This document shows, one piece after another, positions 26,240-35,236 of a stretch of DNA of 64,000 bases; the first letter of the stretch is position 1; each line of letters begins with the position of its first letter. The DNA comes from an uncultured Clostridia bacterium (GTDB lineage Bacteria; Bacillota; Clostridia; Christensenellales; Borkfalkiaceae), in contig CANQQM010000001.1 of NCBI GenBank assembly GCA_947626005.1, forward strand, positions 35,496 through 99,495. The letters run 5' to 3'. The position numbers and the translations under genes are program-made. Below the pieces are notes generated by a model. The model searched no databases and had not been told where the DNA came from. It saw only the letters and a list, made by a program, of their open reading frames with translations.

Positions 26240-28774
26240 TTATTGGTTATGGGGCGCGAGGTATCCCGAGAGGACCCGCGCGACGAGATCCATATCGATG
26301 GGTTTTGCGACATGGGCGTTCATGCCGCAGGCGAGGCAGCGGGCGACGTCGTCGGAGAAGGCGTCGGCGCTCATCGCGATGATGGGGACGGTGACCGCGT
26401 CCGGGCGGTCCATTCCGCGGATGGCCTCCGTCGCCTCGTAGCCCGACATTTCGGGCATGCGGATATCCATGAGGACGGCCTCGTAGTAGCCGACGGGGGA
26501 GGCGGCGAATTTCTCCGCACAGATCTTCCCGTTTTCGGCGCTCTCGATGGTGAGCCCCGCCTCGGAGAGGAGCTCTTCGGCGATCTCGCGGTTGAGGTCG
26601 TTGTCCTCCGCAAGGAGGATGCGGTTGCCTTGGAACCGCCGCACGGGAGAGGCCGCCTTTTCGGGAAGGGGAAGGGAGGGATCGCAGGCGCTCTTGAGGC
26701 CGCAATAGATGTTGGAGCGGAAGAGGGGAGCGGATATCACCCCCGCACACCCCGCTTCCTCCGCCTCCGCGGGCGCCGACCACTCGGAGGAGGTGAGAAG
26801 GACGACGGCGCATTCTCCGTCCGCCTCCTTCAGGGCCTTTATCGCCGTGCGCGGATCTTCGGAAGTCTTTCCGAGGAGGACGGCGCGGAACTTCTCCTTC
26901 GAGAGGGCCTCCTTCGCGGCGGAAAGATCGGGCGCCCATTCCGCGCGGCAGCCGATGGAGCGAAGGGTCGCGGCGGTGCTCTCCGAGAAGAGCTCGTCGC
27001 CGTCCAAAACGAGGACGCGCCACCCGTCGAGGGTCATTTCGCCCCCCTCCGTCGCCGCCTTCTCGAGGTCGAGCGCGATGTGGAATTCGGTGCCGCAGCC
27101 GGGGGCGCTCTCCACGTCGATGGTGCCGTGCATCGCGTCGATGATGTACTTCGCGATGGTCATGCCGAGCCCCGAGCCCTCCGTCTTTTGCACGCGGGCC
27201 TTGTCCTCACGGGCGAAGGCGTCGAAGATCTTCTTGCGGAATTCCTCGGTCATGCCGATCCCGTCGTCCTTGACGCGGAGGTGGAGGCGGACAAACCCGT
27301 CGCCCTTCAAGGAGGCCTCCTCGTAGCAGGCGACCGAGATGTTCCCGCCCTCGGGGGTGAACTTGACCGCATTGCCGAGGAGATTCAAAAGGATCTGGCT
27401 GAAGCGCACGCTGTCGCACCAGACGTTCTCCTCAGGGATATCGTAGATGTAGACGGAGAAGCGCTGATTCTTCGCCGCGGCCTGCGGCTGGGCGATGTTG
27501 ATGACGCTCTGCATCGTCTCCTGAAGGGACATTTTGGAGGGGTGCAGTTCGAGCTTCCCGCTCTCGATCTTGGACATATCGAGGATATCGTTGATGAGGT
27601 TGAGAAGATGGCGGCTCGAGAGGTCGATCTTTTTGAGACAGCTCTGCACCTGTGGGATATTGTCGAGGTTGGCGCTTGCGATCGCCGTCATGCCGACGAT
27701 TCCGTTCATGGGCGTTCGGATATCGTGGGACATGTTGGAGAGGAATTCGCTCTTGGCGCGGCTTGCGTGCTCCGCCGTCCGCTTGGCCTCTTCGAGTTCG
27801 TGCACCTGCCGCCTTGTGAGGCGGAAGTAGAGGGCAAAGACGACGAGGAGGGCAAGGAGGATGATGAGGGCGCACGCGACGGCCGTCCAGCCCCATGCGT
27901 TGCCGAGGATGTTGACCGTGCGGTTGATCTCGCCGTAGGGCATGAAGAGGAGAAGATACCACTCCGAGAAGGGCATCCCCGTCCCGTAGAGGTAGCGCTG
28001 TTCGCCGTCGATGACGAAGTCGCTCGTGTAGTCCTCGTTGGCTTCCATCGCCGCCGTCAGGGAGGAGATGTACGCCTCCTTACCGTGGTCGCCGACGCTC
28101 TCGTATTGGTCGCGCACGCGGGAGAAGTAGGTCTCGTCGGGCACTTCGGGCTCGGCGATAATGAAGTTGCCCTCGTGGTCGATGACGAAGTAGTAGATGA
28201 GCCCGTCCTCGACGTTCAAAGAGAGGGTGTCGCTGATATAGGAGAGGGGAAGGGCGGCGATGAGCGCAACGCTTGCGCCTTCGCCCGTCATCGGATATTC
28301 GGCGGGGACGCCCATGAGGACGAGGCGGTTGCCCGCGGCGTCGCTCCCGACGCACATGAGCTCTTCGCCGCTCTCGATCGCGGAGAGGAAGGCGGCGGGG
28401 TCGTCGATGGAGACTTGGCTCCCGTAGAGCATCTCGACGGCGCCGCCCTTGTCGCAGAGGGCAAGGTGGTCGAACCCGCGCAGACGGGCATTGTGGCTTA
28501 AGGTGATGCGCATCGCGTCGGGATCTTTGTTCGCGACGGTCTCGGGAACGGAATCGGTGAGCGCACTCACCTGGGAGAGACGGAGCTCGATGGTCGTGCC
28601 GAAGTGGGTCGCGACCTGTTCGCTCATGCCCGACATGTACAGTTCGCCGAGTTCGCCGACGGCGGTCGCGCCGCGGCGGTTCATCAGGACCGCCATGATC
28701 GAAAAGACGCAGATGCACAGCGCAAACACACAGGCGATGCTGATGAGAAGAAAGTGCGTGATCTTGTTCTTCAT
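26240..28774 (-). CDS. hybrid sensor histidine kinase (Cache-like periplasmic domain, HisKA/HATPase, degenerate receiver plus canonical receiver)
   Basis: Two TM helices flank a ~270-aa sensor domain. H-box [10 protein letters not shown]; G-boxes DDGIGM and GSGLGM. REC1 lacks the acceptor Asp (AVLLGKTS). REC2 is canonical ([10 protein letters not shown]...[12 protein letters not shown]...AKP). Confidence 0.92.
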   Translation of the reverse strand: MKNKITHFLLISIACVFALCICVFSIMAVLMNRRGATAVGELGELYMSGMSEQVATHFGTTIELRLSQVSALTDSVPETVANKDPDAMRITLSHNARLRGFDHLALCDKGGAVEMLYGSQVSIDDPAAFLSAIESGEELMCVGSDAAGNRLVLMGVPAEYPMTGEGASVALIAALPLSYISDTLSLNVEDGLIYYFVIDHEGNFIIAEPEVPDETYFSRVRDQYESVGDHGKEAYISSLTAAMEANEDYTSDFVIDGEQRYLYGTGMPFSEWYLLLFMPYGEINRTVNILGNAWGWTAVACALIILLALLVVFALYFRLTRRQVHELEEAKRTAEHASRAKSEFLSNMSHDIRTPMNGIVGMTAIASANLDNIPQVQSCLKKIDLSSRHLLNLINDILDMSKIESGKLELHPSKMSLQETMQSVINIAQPQAAAKNQRFSVYIYDIPEENVWCDSVRFSQILLNLLGNAVKFTPEGGNISVACYEEASLKGDGFVRLHLRVKDDGIGMTEEFRKKIFDAFAREDKARVQKTEGSGLGMTIAKYIIDAMHGTIDVESAPGCGTEFHIALDLEKAATEGGEMTLDGWRVLVLDGDELFSESTAATLRSIGCRAEWAPDLSAAKEALSKEKFRAVLLGKTSEDPRTAIKALKEADGECAVVLLTSSEWSAPAEAEEAGCAGVISAPLFRSNIYCGLKSACDPSLPLPEKAASPVRRFQGNRILLAEDNDLNREIAEELLSEAGLTIESAENGKICAEKFAASPVGYYEAVLMDIRMPEMSGYEATEAIRGMDRPDAVTVPIIAMSADAFSDDVARCLACGMNAHVAKPIDMDLVARVLSGYLAPHNQ

Positions 28775-28814
28775 TTGCGGTCCTCCTTTCTATATTTCGG
28801 AACGTTCGACTGTT

Positions 28815-28843
28815 ATTATATAATAAACAAACAAAAATGTAAA
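28815..28843 (-). promoter_or_regulatory. sigma-A-type promoter (TTTACA-17-TATAAT on minus strand) for kinase-SBP operon
   Basis: Plus-strand TGTAAA 28838-28843 and ATTATA 28815-28820. GGAGGA RBS before start 28774. Confidence 0.55.
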
Positions 28844-28876
28844 TAGTTCACGCGCGCTTTTCAAAAAAATTTCGGT

Positions 28877-28909
28877 AAAAAAATGCCCGCCGCGCGGCGC
28901 GCGGCGGGC
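28877..28909 (-). terminator. intrinsic terminator of the 5-TM protein gene (minus strand)
   Basis: GCCCGCCGCGC-GGC-GCGCGGCGGGC hairpin (28885-28909), with an A-run 28877-28883 that is a U-tract on the minus strand. Confidence 0.8.
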
Positions 28910-28922
28910 GAAGAAGGTTGTG

Positions 28923-29384
28923 TTACAGGACAAGCCCGAGGATGGCCATCACGATGACGAACCAAGCGAAAAGCCCCCACATTGCCATTCTGCCGCAGAA
29001 GAGCGCTTCGTCCGACTTCGTTCTGTACCACACGAAGTAGAGCACCATGCCCGCGGGGAAGAGGATGAAGGAGAGGAGCTGAAGCCCGATGTGCGCCGTG
29101 TCGGTGACGGTATTCACGACCCACGGCCCGATCGACTTATAGAACGCGATCGAATCCTTCACGCTGACTGCCCAACCGAGTGCGATGAATACGATCGCGG
29201 TGATGAAGTACAGCCATGCAAGCCCGTAGAGCTTACCCGCATTCGTGCAGAGATTCATGAAAAGGAAGATGATCTCGACACTCAAGAAGAACGAGACGTC
29301 GCGCTCGCAATGCCGATGAAGATAGGCATAGTAGATGAGCGCATACACCGTCAGAACCAACGAAATGATTCCCACTGCTGCCAT
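28923..29384 (-). CDS. small polytopic (about 5 TM) membrane protein, function unknown
   Basis: 153-aa hydrophobic ORF with its own consensus promoter and terminator. It looks less GC-rich than its neighbours. Confidence 0.75.
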   Translation of the reverse strand: MAAVGIISLVLTVYALIYYAYLHRHCERDVSFFLSVEIIFLFMNLCTNAGKLYGLAWLYFITAIVFIALGWAVSVKDSIAFYKSIGPWVVNTVTDTAHIGLQLLSFILFPAGMVLYFVWYRTKSDEALFCGRMAMWGLFAWFVIVMAILGLVL

Positions 29385-29416
29385 AATTTTCTATCCCCCA
29401 AAGAAAAGTTTTCTCT

Positions 29417-29445
29417 ATTATAGTACGAAAAAAATCAAATGTCAA
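29417..29445 (-). promoter_or_regulatory. perfect-consensus sigma-A promoter (TTGACA-17-TATAAT on minus strand)
   Basis: Plus-strand TGTCAA 29440-29445 and ATTATA 29417-29422. Confidence 0.65.
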
Positions 29446-29453
29446 TATTCGGA

Positions 29454-29470
29454 ATGAAATTTTCATGAAA
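29454..29470. promoter_or_regulatory. overlapping palindromes / 11-bp-phased ATGAAA repeats in divergent intergenic region (candidate operator)
   Basis: ATGAAATTTTCAT (29454-29466) and TTTCATGAAA (29461-29470). Located just upstream of the minus-strand -35 and about 100 nt upstream of the ZIP gene. Confidence 0.25.
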
Positions 29471-29567
29471 AAATCGACGGAAATTTGCGCGGCTTTTCAA
29501 GGGGAACGGGGAAGGGGGAGGGCCGCATAGGATGAAGTGACTGCTGTTTTTTGCGGGGGAAGTACAA

Positions 29568-30332
29568 ATGCAATGGTTTTTGTCGCTGGAGGCGTGGCAG
29601 CAGGCGCTCCTCGCCTCCCTCTTCATGTATGCCTCGACGGCGCTCGGCGCTTCGCTCGTTCTCTTCTTCGGAAATTTCCGCACGGAGGCGCTTGCCCTCC
29701 TCACGGGCGGGGCGGCGGGGGTGATGATCGCCGCAAGTTTCTTTTCCCTCCTCCTTCCCGCCCTCGAAACGGAGGGAAGGGTGCCCGCCCTCCTCTCGGT
29801 GACGGTCGGCTTTCTCCTCGGCGGCGCCTTTCTTGCGGGAAGCGACCTTGTCCTCACCAAGGGGCGGGTGCGCCTTCGCGGGATGGGGAGGAAGAACGCC
29901 CTCACCTTCTTTGCGGTCACCCTGCACAACATTCCCGAGGGGATGGCGGTGGGCGTCGCCTTCGCGGCGGCGGGAGGGGGAGGGGCCGCCGCGGCTCTCG
30001 TCTTTGCCGTCGGGATCGCCGTTCAGAACTTTCCGGAGGGGGCATGTGTCGCTTTTCCGCTCAAACAGGAGGGAATGACGCGCGGAAGGAGCTTCCTTTT
30101 CGCACAGGGGTCGGGGCTCGTCGAGATCCCTTCCTGCGTCGTCGGGGCGCTTGCGGCCTCCACGGCGGCGGGGCTTCTTCCGTGGGCACTTGCCTTCTCG
30201 GCGGGGGCGATGATCGCCGTCGTCTGTTCGGAGCTCCTCCCCGAGTGCTTTTCGGAGGGGAAGACGTGCGCCCTCTGCGGGGTCATTTTTGGATTTACCC
30301 TCATGATGGTACTCGATATCGCCTTCGGCTGA
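29568..30332 (+). CDS. ZIP-family divalent metal transporter (ZupT-like)
   Basis: About 8 TM helices and the signature HNIPEGMAVG. Confidence 0.9.
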   Translation: MQWFLSLEAWQQALLASLFMYASTALGASLVLFFGNFRTEALALLTGGAAGVMIAASFFSLLLPALETEGRVPALLSVTVGFLLGGAFLAGSDLVLTKGRVRLRGMGRKNALTFFAVTLHNIPEGMAVGVAFAAAGGGGAAAALVFAVGIAVQNFPEGACVAFPLKQEGMTRGRSFLFAQGSGLVEIPSCVVGALAASTAAGLLPWALAFSAGAMIAVVCSELLPECFSEGKTCALCGVIFGFTLMMVLDIAFG

Positions 30333-30368
30333 GCGAATAATCTTCTTGCGTTCGCCCATACTCCCGAT

Positions 30369-31220
30369 ATGGAAAAGCAAACCGAACGTCAGGAAACACC
30401 CAAAAAGGAGCCCCGCGAGGCCCCGCCGAGAAAGACGGCGATCGTCGTCGGAGGGTCGTCGGGGATCGGCAGGGAGACGGTGCTCCGCCTCCTCGCACGG
30501 GGGTACCGTGTATTCAATATTTCCCGTACGCCCTTCAAAGGGGACAGGGTGCGCTCCCTCTCCGCCGACGCCGCGCAGGAGGGGGAGGTGGGGAAGGCCG
30601 TGCGCGCCGCGGGGGAGGAAGTCGAGGCGGTCGACCTCCTCGTCTACTCGGCGGGTTTTTCGATGGCCGCCCCCTTCGAATACGCGAAGAGCAAGGATTA
30701 TCGATACCTGTTCGAGGTCAATTACTTCGGCGCGGTGGAGGCGCTGCGCGCCGCGGTGCCCTTCTTGCGGAGGCGGGGCGGGAGGGCGATCTTCGTCGGT
30801 TCCCTCGGCGGGGACCTCCCCATCCCCTACGACGGATTTTATTCCTCGTCGAAGGCGGCCCTCCTCATGCTCGCAAGGGAGGCGGACTTGGAGCTGAGAA
30901 AAAGCGGGGTGCGCGTCTCCGTCCTCCTCCCCGGCGGGACGGCGACCGACTTCACCTACAACCGCCGCGTGTACGGGAGCGAAGAGAGCCTCTCCTACAC
31001 TCCCTCCCTAAAGCGTGCCTCGGCGGCGCTTGCCAACATGGAGCAGGGCGGCATGGAGCCCTCCCTCGTCGCCGAAGCCATTCTCTCCCTTGCGGGGAAG
31101 AAAAATCCGCCCACCGTCGCCGTCGCGGGAGGCAAAAACGCCGCGGCGCGGTTTGCGGTCCGCCTCTTCCCCGAACGGGTCACCGACTGGATGGTGCGGA
31201 AAAAGTTCAATCAGCGGTGA
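30369..31220 (+). CDS. SDR-family oxidoreductase
   Basis: TGxxxGIG-type motif VVGGSSGIG, catalytic YSSSK. Basic/Pro-rich 22-aa N-terminal extension. Confidence 0.88.
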   Translation: MEKQTERQETPKKEPREAPPRKTAIVVGGSSGIGRETVLRLLARGYRVFNISRTPFKGDRVRSLSADAAQEGEVGKAVRAAGEEVEAVDLLVYSAGFSMAAPFEYAKSKDYRYLFEVNYFGAVEALRAAVPFLRRRGGRAIFVGSLGGDLPIPYDGFYSSSKAALLMLAREADLELRKSGVRVSVLLPGGTATDFTYNRRVYGSEESLSYTPSLKRASAALANMEQGGMEPSLVAEAILSLAGKKNPPTVAVAGGKNAAARFAVRLFPERVTDWMVRKKFNQR

Positions 31221-31303
31221 ATTCCGCCCGCTTTGTTCGAAAAAATCAGAATTTCGCCGCTTTTTCACACGGGAAAGTTTCCGCGGAAATCCTCCTCATT
31301 CGC

Positions 31304-31333
31304 TTGACGGAAGGGGAGGGTTTTTGTTATAAT
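31304..31333 (+). promoter_or_regulatory. sigma-A-type promoter with extended -10 (TTGACG-18-TGtTATAAT) of the pur operon
   Basis: TTGACG 31304-31309, TATAAT 31328-31333. Confidence 0.6.
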
Positions 31334-31405
31334 AAGGACATGAACGGAGCAAAGAGATCGCCGCGGGCCGCGGTCGGGGATTCAGGGAAATTTGTTCGCT
31401 TGATC

Positions 31406-31448
31406 GGCAGGTTTTTTCGCATAGAAAAATCCTGCCCTCTTTTGTTTT
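31406..31448 (+). terminator. leader terminator (attenuator) upstream of purE
   Basis: GGCAGG(t)TTTTT-CGCATAG-AAAAA(t)CCTGCC hairpin followed by CTCTTTTGTTTT. GGAGG RBS and ATG 31460 follow immediately. Confidence 0.65.
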
Positions 31449-31459
31449 GGAGGTGAAGG

Positions 31460-31975
31460 ATGAAGAAAGTTGCACTCGTCATGGGGAGCGATTCCGACCT
31501 CCCCGTCGCGGAAAAAGCGGCGGAGGTACTCGAAAAGCTCGGGATCCCCTTCGAGGTCCACGTCTATTCGGCACACAGGACGCCGGAGGAAGCGAAGGCG
31601 TTTTCCTCGTCGGCGCAGCGGAAGGGCTTCGGCGCGATCATCGCCGCGGCGGGCATGGCCGCCCACCTTGCGGGGGCGATCGCCGCGAATACCTGCCTCC
31701 CCGTCATCGGGATCCCGATCGCAAGCGGCAAACTCGGCGGAATGGACGCCCTCCTTTCCACCGTGCAGATGCCCTCGGGCATTCCCGTCGCGACGGTCGC
31801 CGTCGACGGGGCGAAGAACGCGGCCTTCCTCGCGGCGGAAATTTTGGCGGTGTCCGACCGCGAACTCTACAAACGTCTTACCGCCATGCGGAAGGAGGGC
31901 GCGGAGGCCGTCCTCGAAAAGGACCGCGCCCTATCCGCCCGTTTTGCGAGATCGGGCGATCCCGATTCGAAATAA
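31460..31975 (+). CDS. purE: N5-carboxyaminoimidazole ribonucleotide mutase (class I PurE signature)
   Basis: GSDSDLPV and SAHRTP motifs. Confidence 0.95.
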   Translation: MKKVALVMGSDSDLPVAEKAAEVLEKLGIPFEVHVYSAHRTPEEAKAFSSSAQRKGFGAIIAAAGMAAHLAGAIAANTCLPVIGIPIASGKLGGMDALLSTVQMPSGIPVATVAVDGAKNAAFLAAEILAVSDRELYKRLTAMRKEGAEAVLEKDRALSARFARSGDPDSK

Positions 31976-31999
31976 TGCAGGAATAAGGAGATAAACACC

Positions 32000-32713
32000 A
32001 TGGAAAAGAAGGAACAGCTCTACGAAGGCAAGGCGAAAAAAGTCTTTGCGACAAGCGATCCCGCACTCGTCATCGTCTCCTATAAAGACGACGCGACCGC
32101 GTTCGACGGGCTCAAAAAGGGCACCATCGCGGGGAAGGGGGTTGTCAACAACCGCATGACCAACATGATGATGCGCCTCCTCGAAAAGAGCGGCGTGCCC
32201 ACCCACTTCGTCGAGGAACTCTCCGACCGAGAAACGGTCGTAAAGAAGGTCTCGATCGTCCCCCTCGAAGTCATCGTCCGCAACGTCTCCGCGGGGAGCT
32301 TTGCAAAGCGCTACGGCGTGGAGGAGGGCATTCCCTTCGACGAACCCACCGTCGAATTCTCCTATAAAAACGACGACCTCCACGACCCTCTCCTCAACGA
32401 TTCCCATGCGCTCGCCCTGCATCTTGCGACGAAGGAGGAAATTGCCCTCATCAAATCGTACGCCCTCCGCGTCAACGAAGTGCTTGAGGGGTACTTCCTC
32501 TCCCTCGGGGTGCGGCTCATCGACTTCAAACTCGAATTCGGGCGGCTCCAAGACGGAACGATCGTCCTTGCCGACGAGATCTCCCCCGACACTTGCCGCT
32601 TCTGGGATGCGGCGACGGGGGAAAAGCTCGACAAAGACCGCTTCCGCCGCGACCTCGGCGGCGTCGAAGAGGCGTACAGGGAGATCTTCAAACGGGTCAC
32701 GGAGAAGGACTGA
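32000..32713 (+). CDS. purC: SAICAR synthetase
   Basis: [10 protein letters not shown]-terminus and family-wide pattern. Confidence 0.95.
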   Translation: MEKKEQLYEGKAKKVFATSDPALVIVSYKDDATAFDGLKKGTIAGKGVVNNRMTNMMMRLLEKSGVPTHFVEELSDRETVVKKVSIVPLEVIVRNVSAGSFAKRYGVEEGIPFDEPTVEFSYKNDDLHDPLLNDSHALALHLATKEEIALIKSYALRVNEVLEGYFLSLGVRLIDFKLEFGRLQDGTIVLADEISPDTCRFWDAATGEKLDKDRFRRDLGGVEEAYREIFKRVTEKD

Positions 32714-32747
32714 CAACTCAAAGAGAAATTCTTTCACGGAGCTTTTT

Positions 32748-34202
32748 ATGTCTCAGATCCATGAGGAATGCGGCGTGTTCGGCATCTTTGCCCCCGAAAA
32801 GCAGGACGTCGCCTCGACCGCATACTATGCGCTGTTCGCGCTCCAGCATCGGGGGCAGGAATCGGCGGGGATCGTCGTCAACGACGACGGCGTCTTTACC
32901 GCCTACAAGGATGCGGGGCTCGTCAACGACGTGTTCACCGCGGACAACCTCCTCCGCCTCGGACAGGGGAACATGGCGATCGGGCATGTCCGCTACTCGA
33001 CGACGGGAAGCGGCGGCAGAGAGAACGCCCAGCCCCTCGTCGTCAACCACTTAAAGGGGAACATGGCCCTTGCGCACAACGGGAACCTCGTCAACTCCTA
33101 CGAGCTGAGGAGCGAACTCGAGAGCGAAGGGAGCATCTTCCATACGACGACGGACACCGAGGTCATCTCCTACGTCATCACCAAGGAGCGGGTGCATTCT
33201 TCCTCCATCGAGGAGGCGGTGCTTGCCGCGATGGGCAAGATCCGCGGGGCGTACTCCCTCGTCGTCATGTCGCCCTCCAAACTCATCGCCGCCCGCGACC
33301 CGCACGGCTTTCGGCCGCTTGCCTTCGGAAGAAGGGAGGACGGGGCGTACGTCGTCGCCTCCGAGACGTGTGCGCTCGACGCGATCGGCGTCAAGCCCAT
33401 CCGCGAAGTGGAACCGGGGGAGATGATCGTCTTTACGAAGGACGGCATGAAGAGCTACCGCGACCGCTGCGGAGGGGAAAGGCACCTCTGCGTGTTCGAA
33501 TTCCTCTACATCGCCCGTCCCGACTCCGTCATCGACGGCTTCTCGGTGCACGAGGCGAGAAAGCAGGCGGGGCGCTTCCTTGCAGAGCAGTACAAGATCG
33601 ACGCGGATATCGTCGTCGGCGTGCCCGATTCGGGGCTCGACGCGGCGTTCGGCTATGCGGAGGCTTCGGGCATTCCCTACGGGATCGGCTTCATCAAGAA
33701 CAAATACATCGGGCGGACCTTTATCGCCCCCGGTCAGAAGGCGCGGGAGGACCGCGTGCGCATCAAGCTCAACGTCCTCACGTCCGCGATCGCGGGGAAG
33801 CGGGTCGTCCTCGTCGACGACAGCATCGTGCGCGGCACGACGTGCGGCAGGATCGTAAAACTCCTGCGCGACGCGGGGGCAAGGGAGGTGCACATGCTCT
33901 CCTCGGCGCCCGCCTTCCTCAACCCTTGCTACTACGGCACGGATATCGATTCGAGGGACAACCTCATCGCCTGCCATCATACCGTTCCCGAGATCGCACG
34001 CATCATCGGGGCGGATTCGCTCGGATACCTCGACCTCTCCAAGGTCGCCTACCTCACGGGCGGGGACGGCACGGGATTCTGCACCGCCTGCTTCGACGGG
34101 AACTATCCGACGGATACCCCCTCCGAGGCGGACAAGAACCGCTTCGAGCGCCTCGAACGCCCGATCAGCGAAAATCCCAAATACAAGAGAGAAGAAAAAT
34201 GA
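32748..34202 (+). CDS. purF: amidophosphoribosyltransferase
   Basis: MSQIHEECGVFGI (Ntn Cys), PRPP loop VLVDDSIVRGTT, C-terminal Fe-S cysteines. Start at the internal ATG of ORF 32301-34202. Confidence 0.95.
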   Translation: MSQIHEECGVFGIFAPEKQDVASTAYYALFALQHRGQESAGIVVNDDGVFTAYKDAGLVNDVFTADNLLRLGQGNMAIGHVRYSTTGSGGRENAQPLVVNHLKGNMALAHNGNLVNSYELRSELESEGSIFHTTTDTEVISYVITKERVHSSSIEEAVLAAMGKIRGAYSLVVMSPSKLIAARDPHGFRPLAFGRREDGAYVVASETCALDAIGVKPIREVEPGEMIVFTKDGMKSYRDRCGGERHLCVFEFLYIARPDSVIDGFSVHEARKQAGRFLAEQYKIDADIVVGVPDSGLDAAFGYAEASGIPYGIGFIKNKYIGRTFIAPGQKAREDRVRIKLNVLTSAIAGKRVVLVDDSIVRGTTCGRIVKLLRDAGAREVHMLSSAPAFLNPCYYGTDIDSRDNLIACHHTVPEIARIIGADSLGYLDLSKVAYLTGGDGTGFCTACFDGNYPTDTPSEADKNRFERLERPISENPKYKREEK

Positions 34203-35233
34203 AGAAGAGCTATTCGGAAAGCTATAAGGAGGCGGGGGTCGACATCACGGCGGGCTACCGTGCGGTCGAGCTCATGAAGGCGCATGTGGCGCGGACGAAC
34301 CCCGCGGGGGAAAACGCGATCGGCGGCTTCGGGGGGCTCTTCCGCCCCGATCTTCGCGGCATGAAGGAGCCCGTCCTCGTCTCGGGGACGGACGGCGTCG
34401 GCACCAAACTCCGCATCGCGCAGCGCATGGACCGCCACGACACGATCGGCATCGACTGCGTCGCCATGTGCGTCAACGACGTCCTCTGCTGCGGCGCAAA
34501 GCCTCTCTTCTTCCTCGACTATATCGCCTGCGGGAAGAACGTCCCCGAAAAGATCGCCGCCATCGTGGGCGGGGTCGCGGAGGGGTGCGTGCGCGCGGGC
34601 TGTGCGCTCATCGGCGGCGAAACGGCAGAGCACCCCGGCGTCATGGCCGAGGACGACTACGACATCGCGGGCTTCACCGTGGGGATCGTCGACCGCGGGT
34701 CGCTCATCGACAATACGAGCATGAAGGAGGGGGACGTAATGCTGGCCCTTCCCTCGACGGGGGTGCACTCGAACGGCTTTTCTCTCGTGAGGAAGGTATT
34801 CGACATCGAACACCGCGACCTCGACGAGCCTGTAAAAGAGCTCGGCGGGAGCTCCCTCGGAGAGACCCTCTTAACGCCCACGGCGATCTATGTTAAGCCC
34901 ATGCTTTCCCTCTTCGAAAAAGTCAAAGTAAAGGGCGTTTCGCACATCACGGGCGGCGGCTTCTACGAAAATATCCCCCGCTCCCTTCCCGAAGGGCTCG
35001 GCGTCGGCATCCGCCTTGCGGACGTGCGCACCCTGCCCGTTTTCCCCCTCATCCAAAGGGAGGGGAACATCTCCGAACACGACATGTACAACACCTTCAA
35101 CATGGGCGTCGGCATGACCGCCGTCGTCGCGAAGGAGGACGAGGAGAGGGCGATCTCGGTGCTGAAAGAAAGCGGCGTCGAAGCGTACCGCCTCGGTACG
35201 ATCGAGAGGGGAGAGGGCGTCTCCCTCCTCTGA
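34199..35233 (+). CDS. purM: AIR synthetase
   Basis: YKEAGVDI and SGTDGVGTK. ATGA overlap with purF. Confidence 0.95.
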   Translation: MKKSYSESYKEAGVDITAGYRAVELMKAHVARTNPAGENAIGGFGGLFRPDLRGMKEPVLVSGTDGVGTKLRIAQRMDRHDTIGIDCVAMCVNDVLCCGAKPLFFLDYIACGKNVPEKIAAIVGGVAEGCVRAGCALIGGETAEHPGVMAEDDYDIAGFTVGIVDRGSLIDNTSMKEGDVMLALPSTGVHSNGFSLVRKVFDIEHRDLDEPVKELGGSSLGETLLTPTAIYVKPMLSLFEKVKVKGVSHITGGGFYENIPRSLPEGLGVGIRLADVRTLPVFPLIQREGNISEHDMYNTFNMGVGMTAVVAKEDEERAISVLKESGVEAYRLGTIERGEGVSLL

Positions 35234-35236
35234 AAA

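Noticed and set aside
28811-28843. AT-rich palindrome TTATTATATAATAA plus nearby ATGTAAAT as a possible dif/Xer site
   Set aside because: The ATGTAAA-like arm is ~11 nt too far from the palindrome to fit the 11-6-11 dif layout. The sequence is better explained as the -10 and -35 boxes of the kinase promoter.
29454-29470. Zur/Fur-family box upstream of the ZIP transporter gene
   Set aside because: The palindrome ATGAAATTTTCAT does not match the Zur (TCGTAATnATTACGA-like) or Fur 7-1-7 consensus as I recall them. It is retained only as a low-confidence generic operator.
31340-31456. 38-codon ORF (MNGAKRSPRAAVGDSGKFVRLIGRFF...) in the pur leader as a possible leader peptide; also the 79-aa ORF 31217-31456
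   Set aside because: No usable SD spacing: AAGGA abuts the ATG. There is no run of regulatory codons. The longer ORF would span the promoter itself.
31334-31459. Purine (guanine/adenine), ZTP/pfl or PRPP-ykkC riboswitch in the purE leader
   Set aside because: I could not find the conserved junction or loop sequences of these classes by eye. The region is kept as an unclassified leader in the findings and needs a covariance-model scan.
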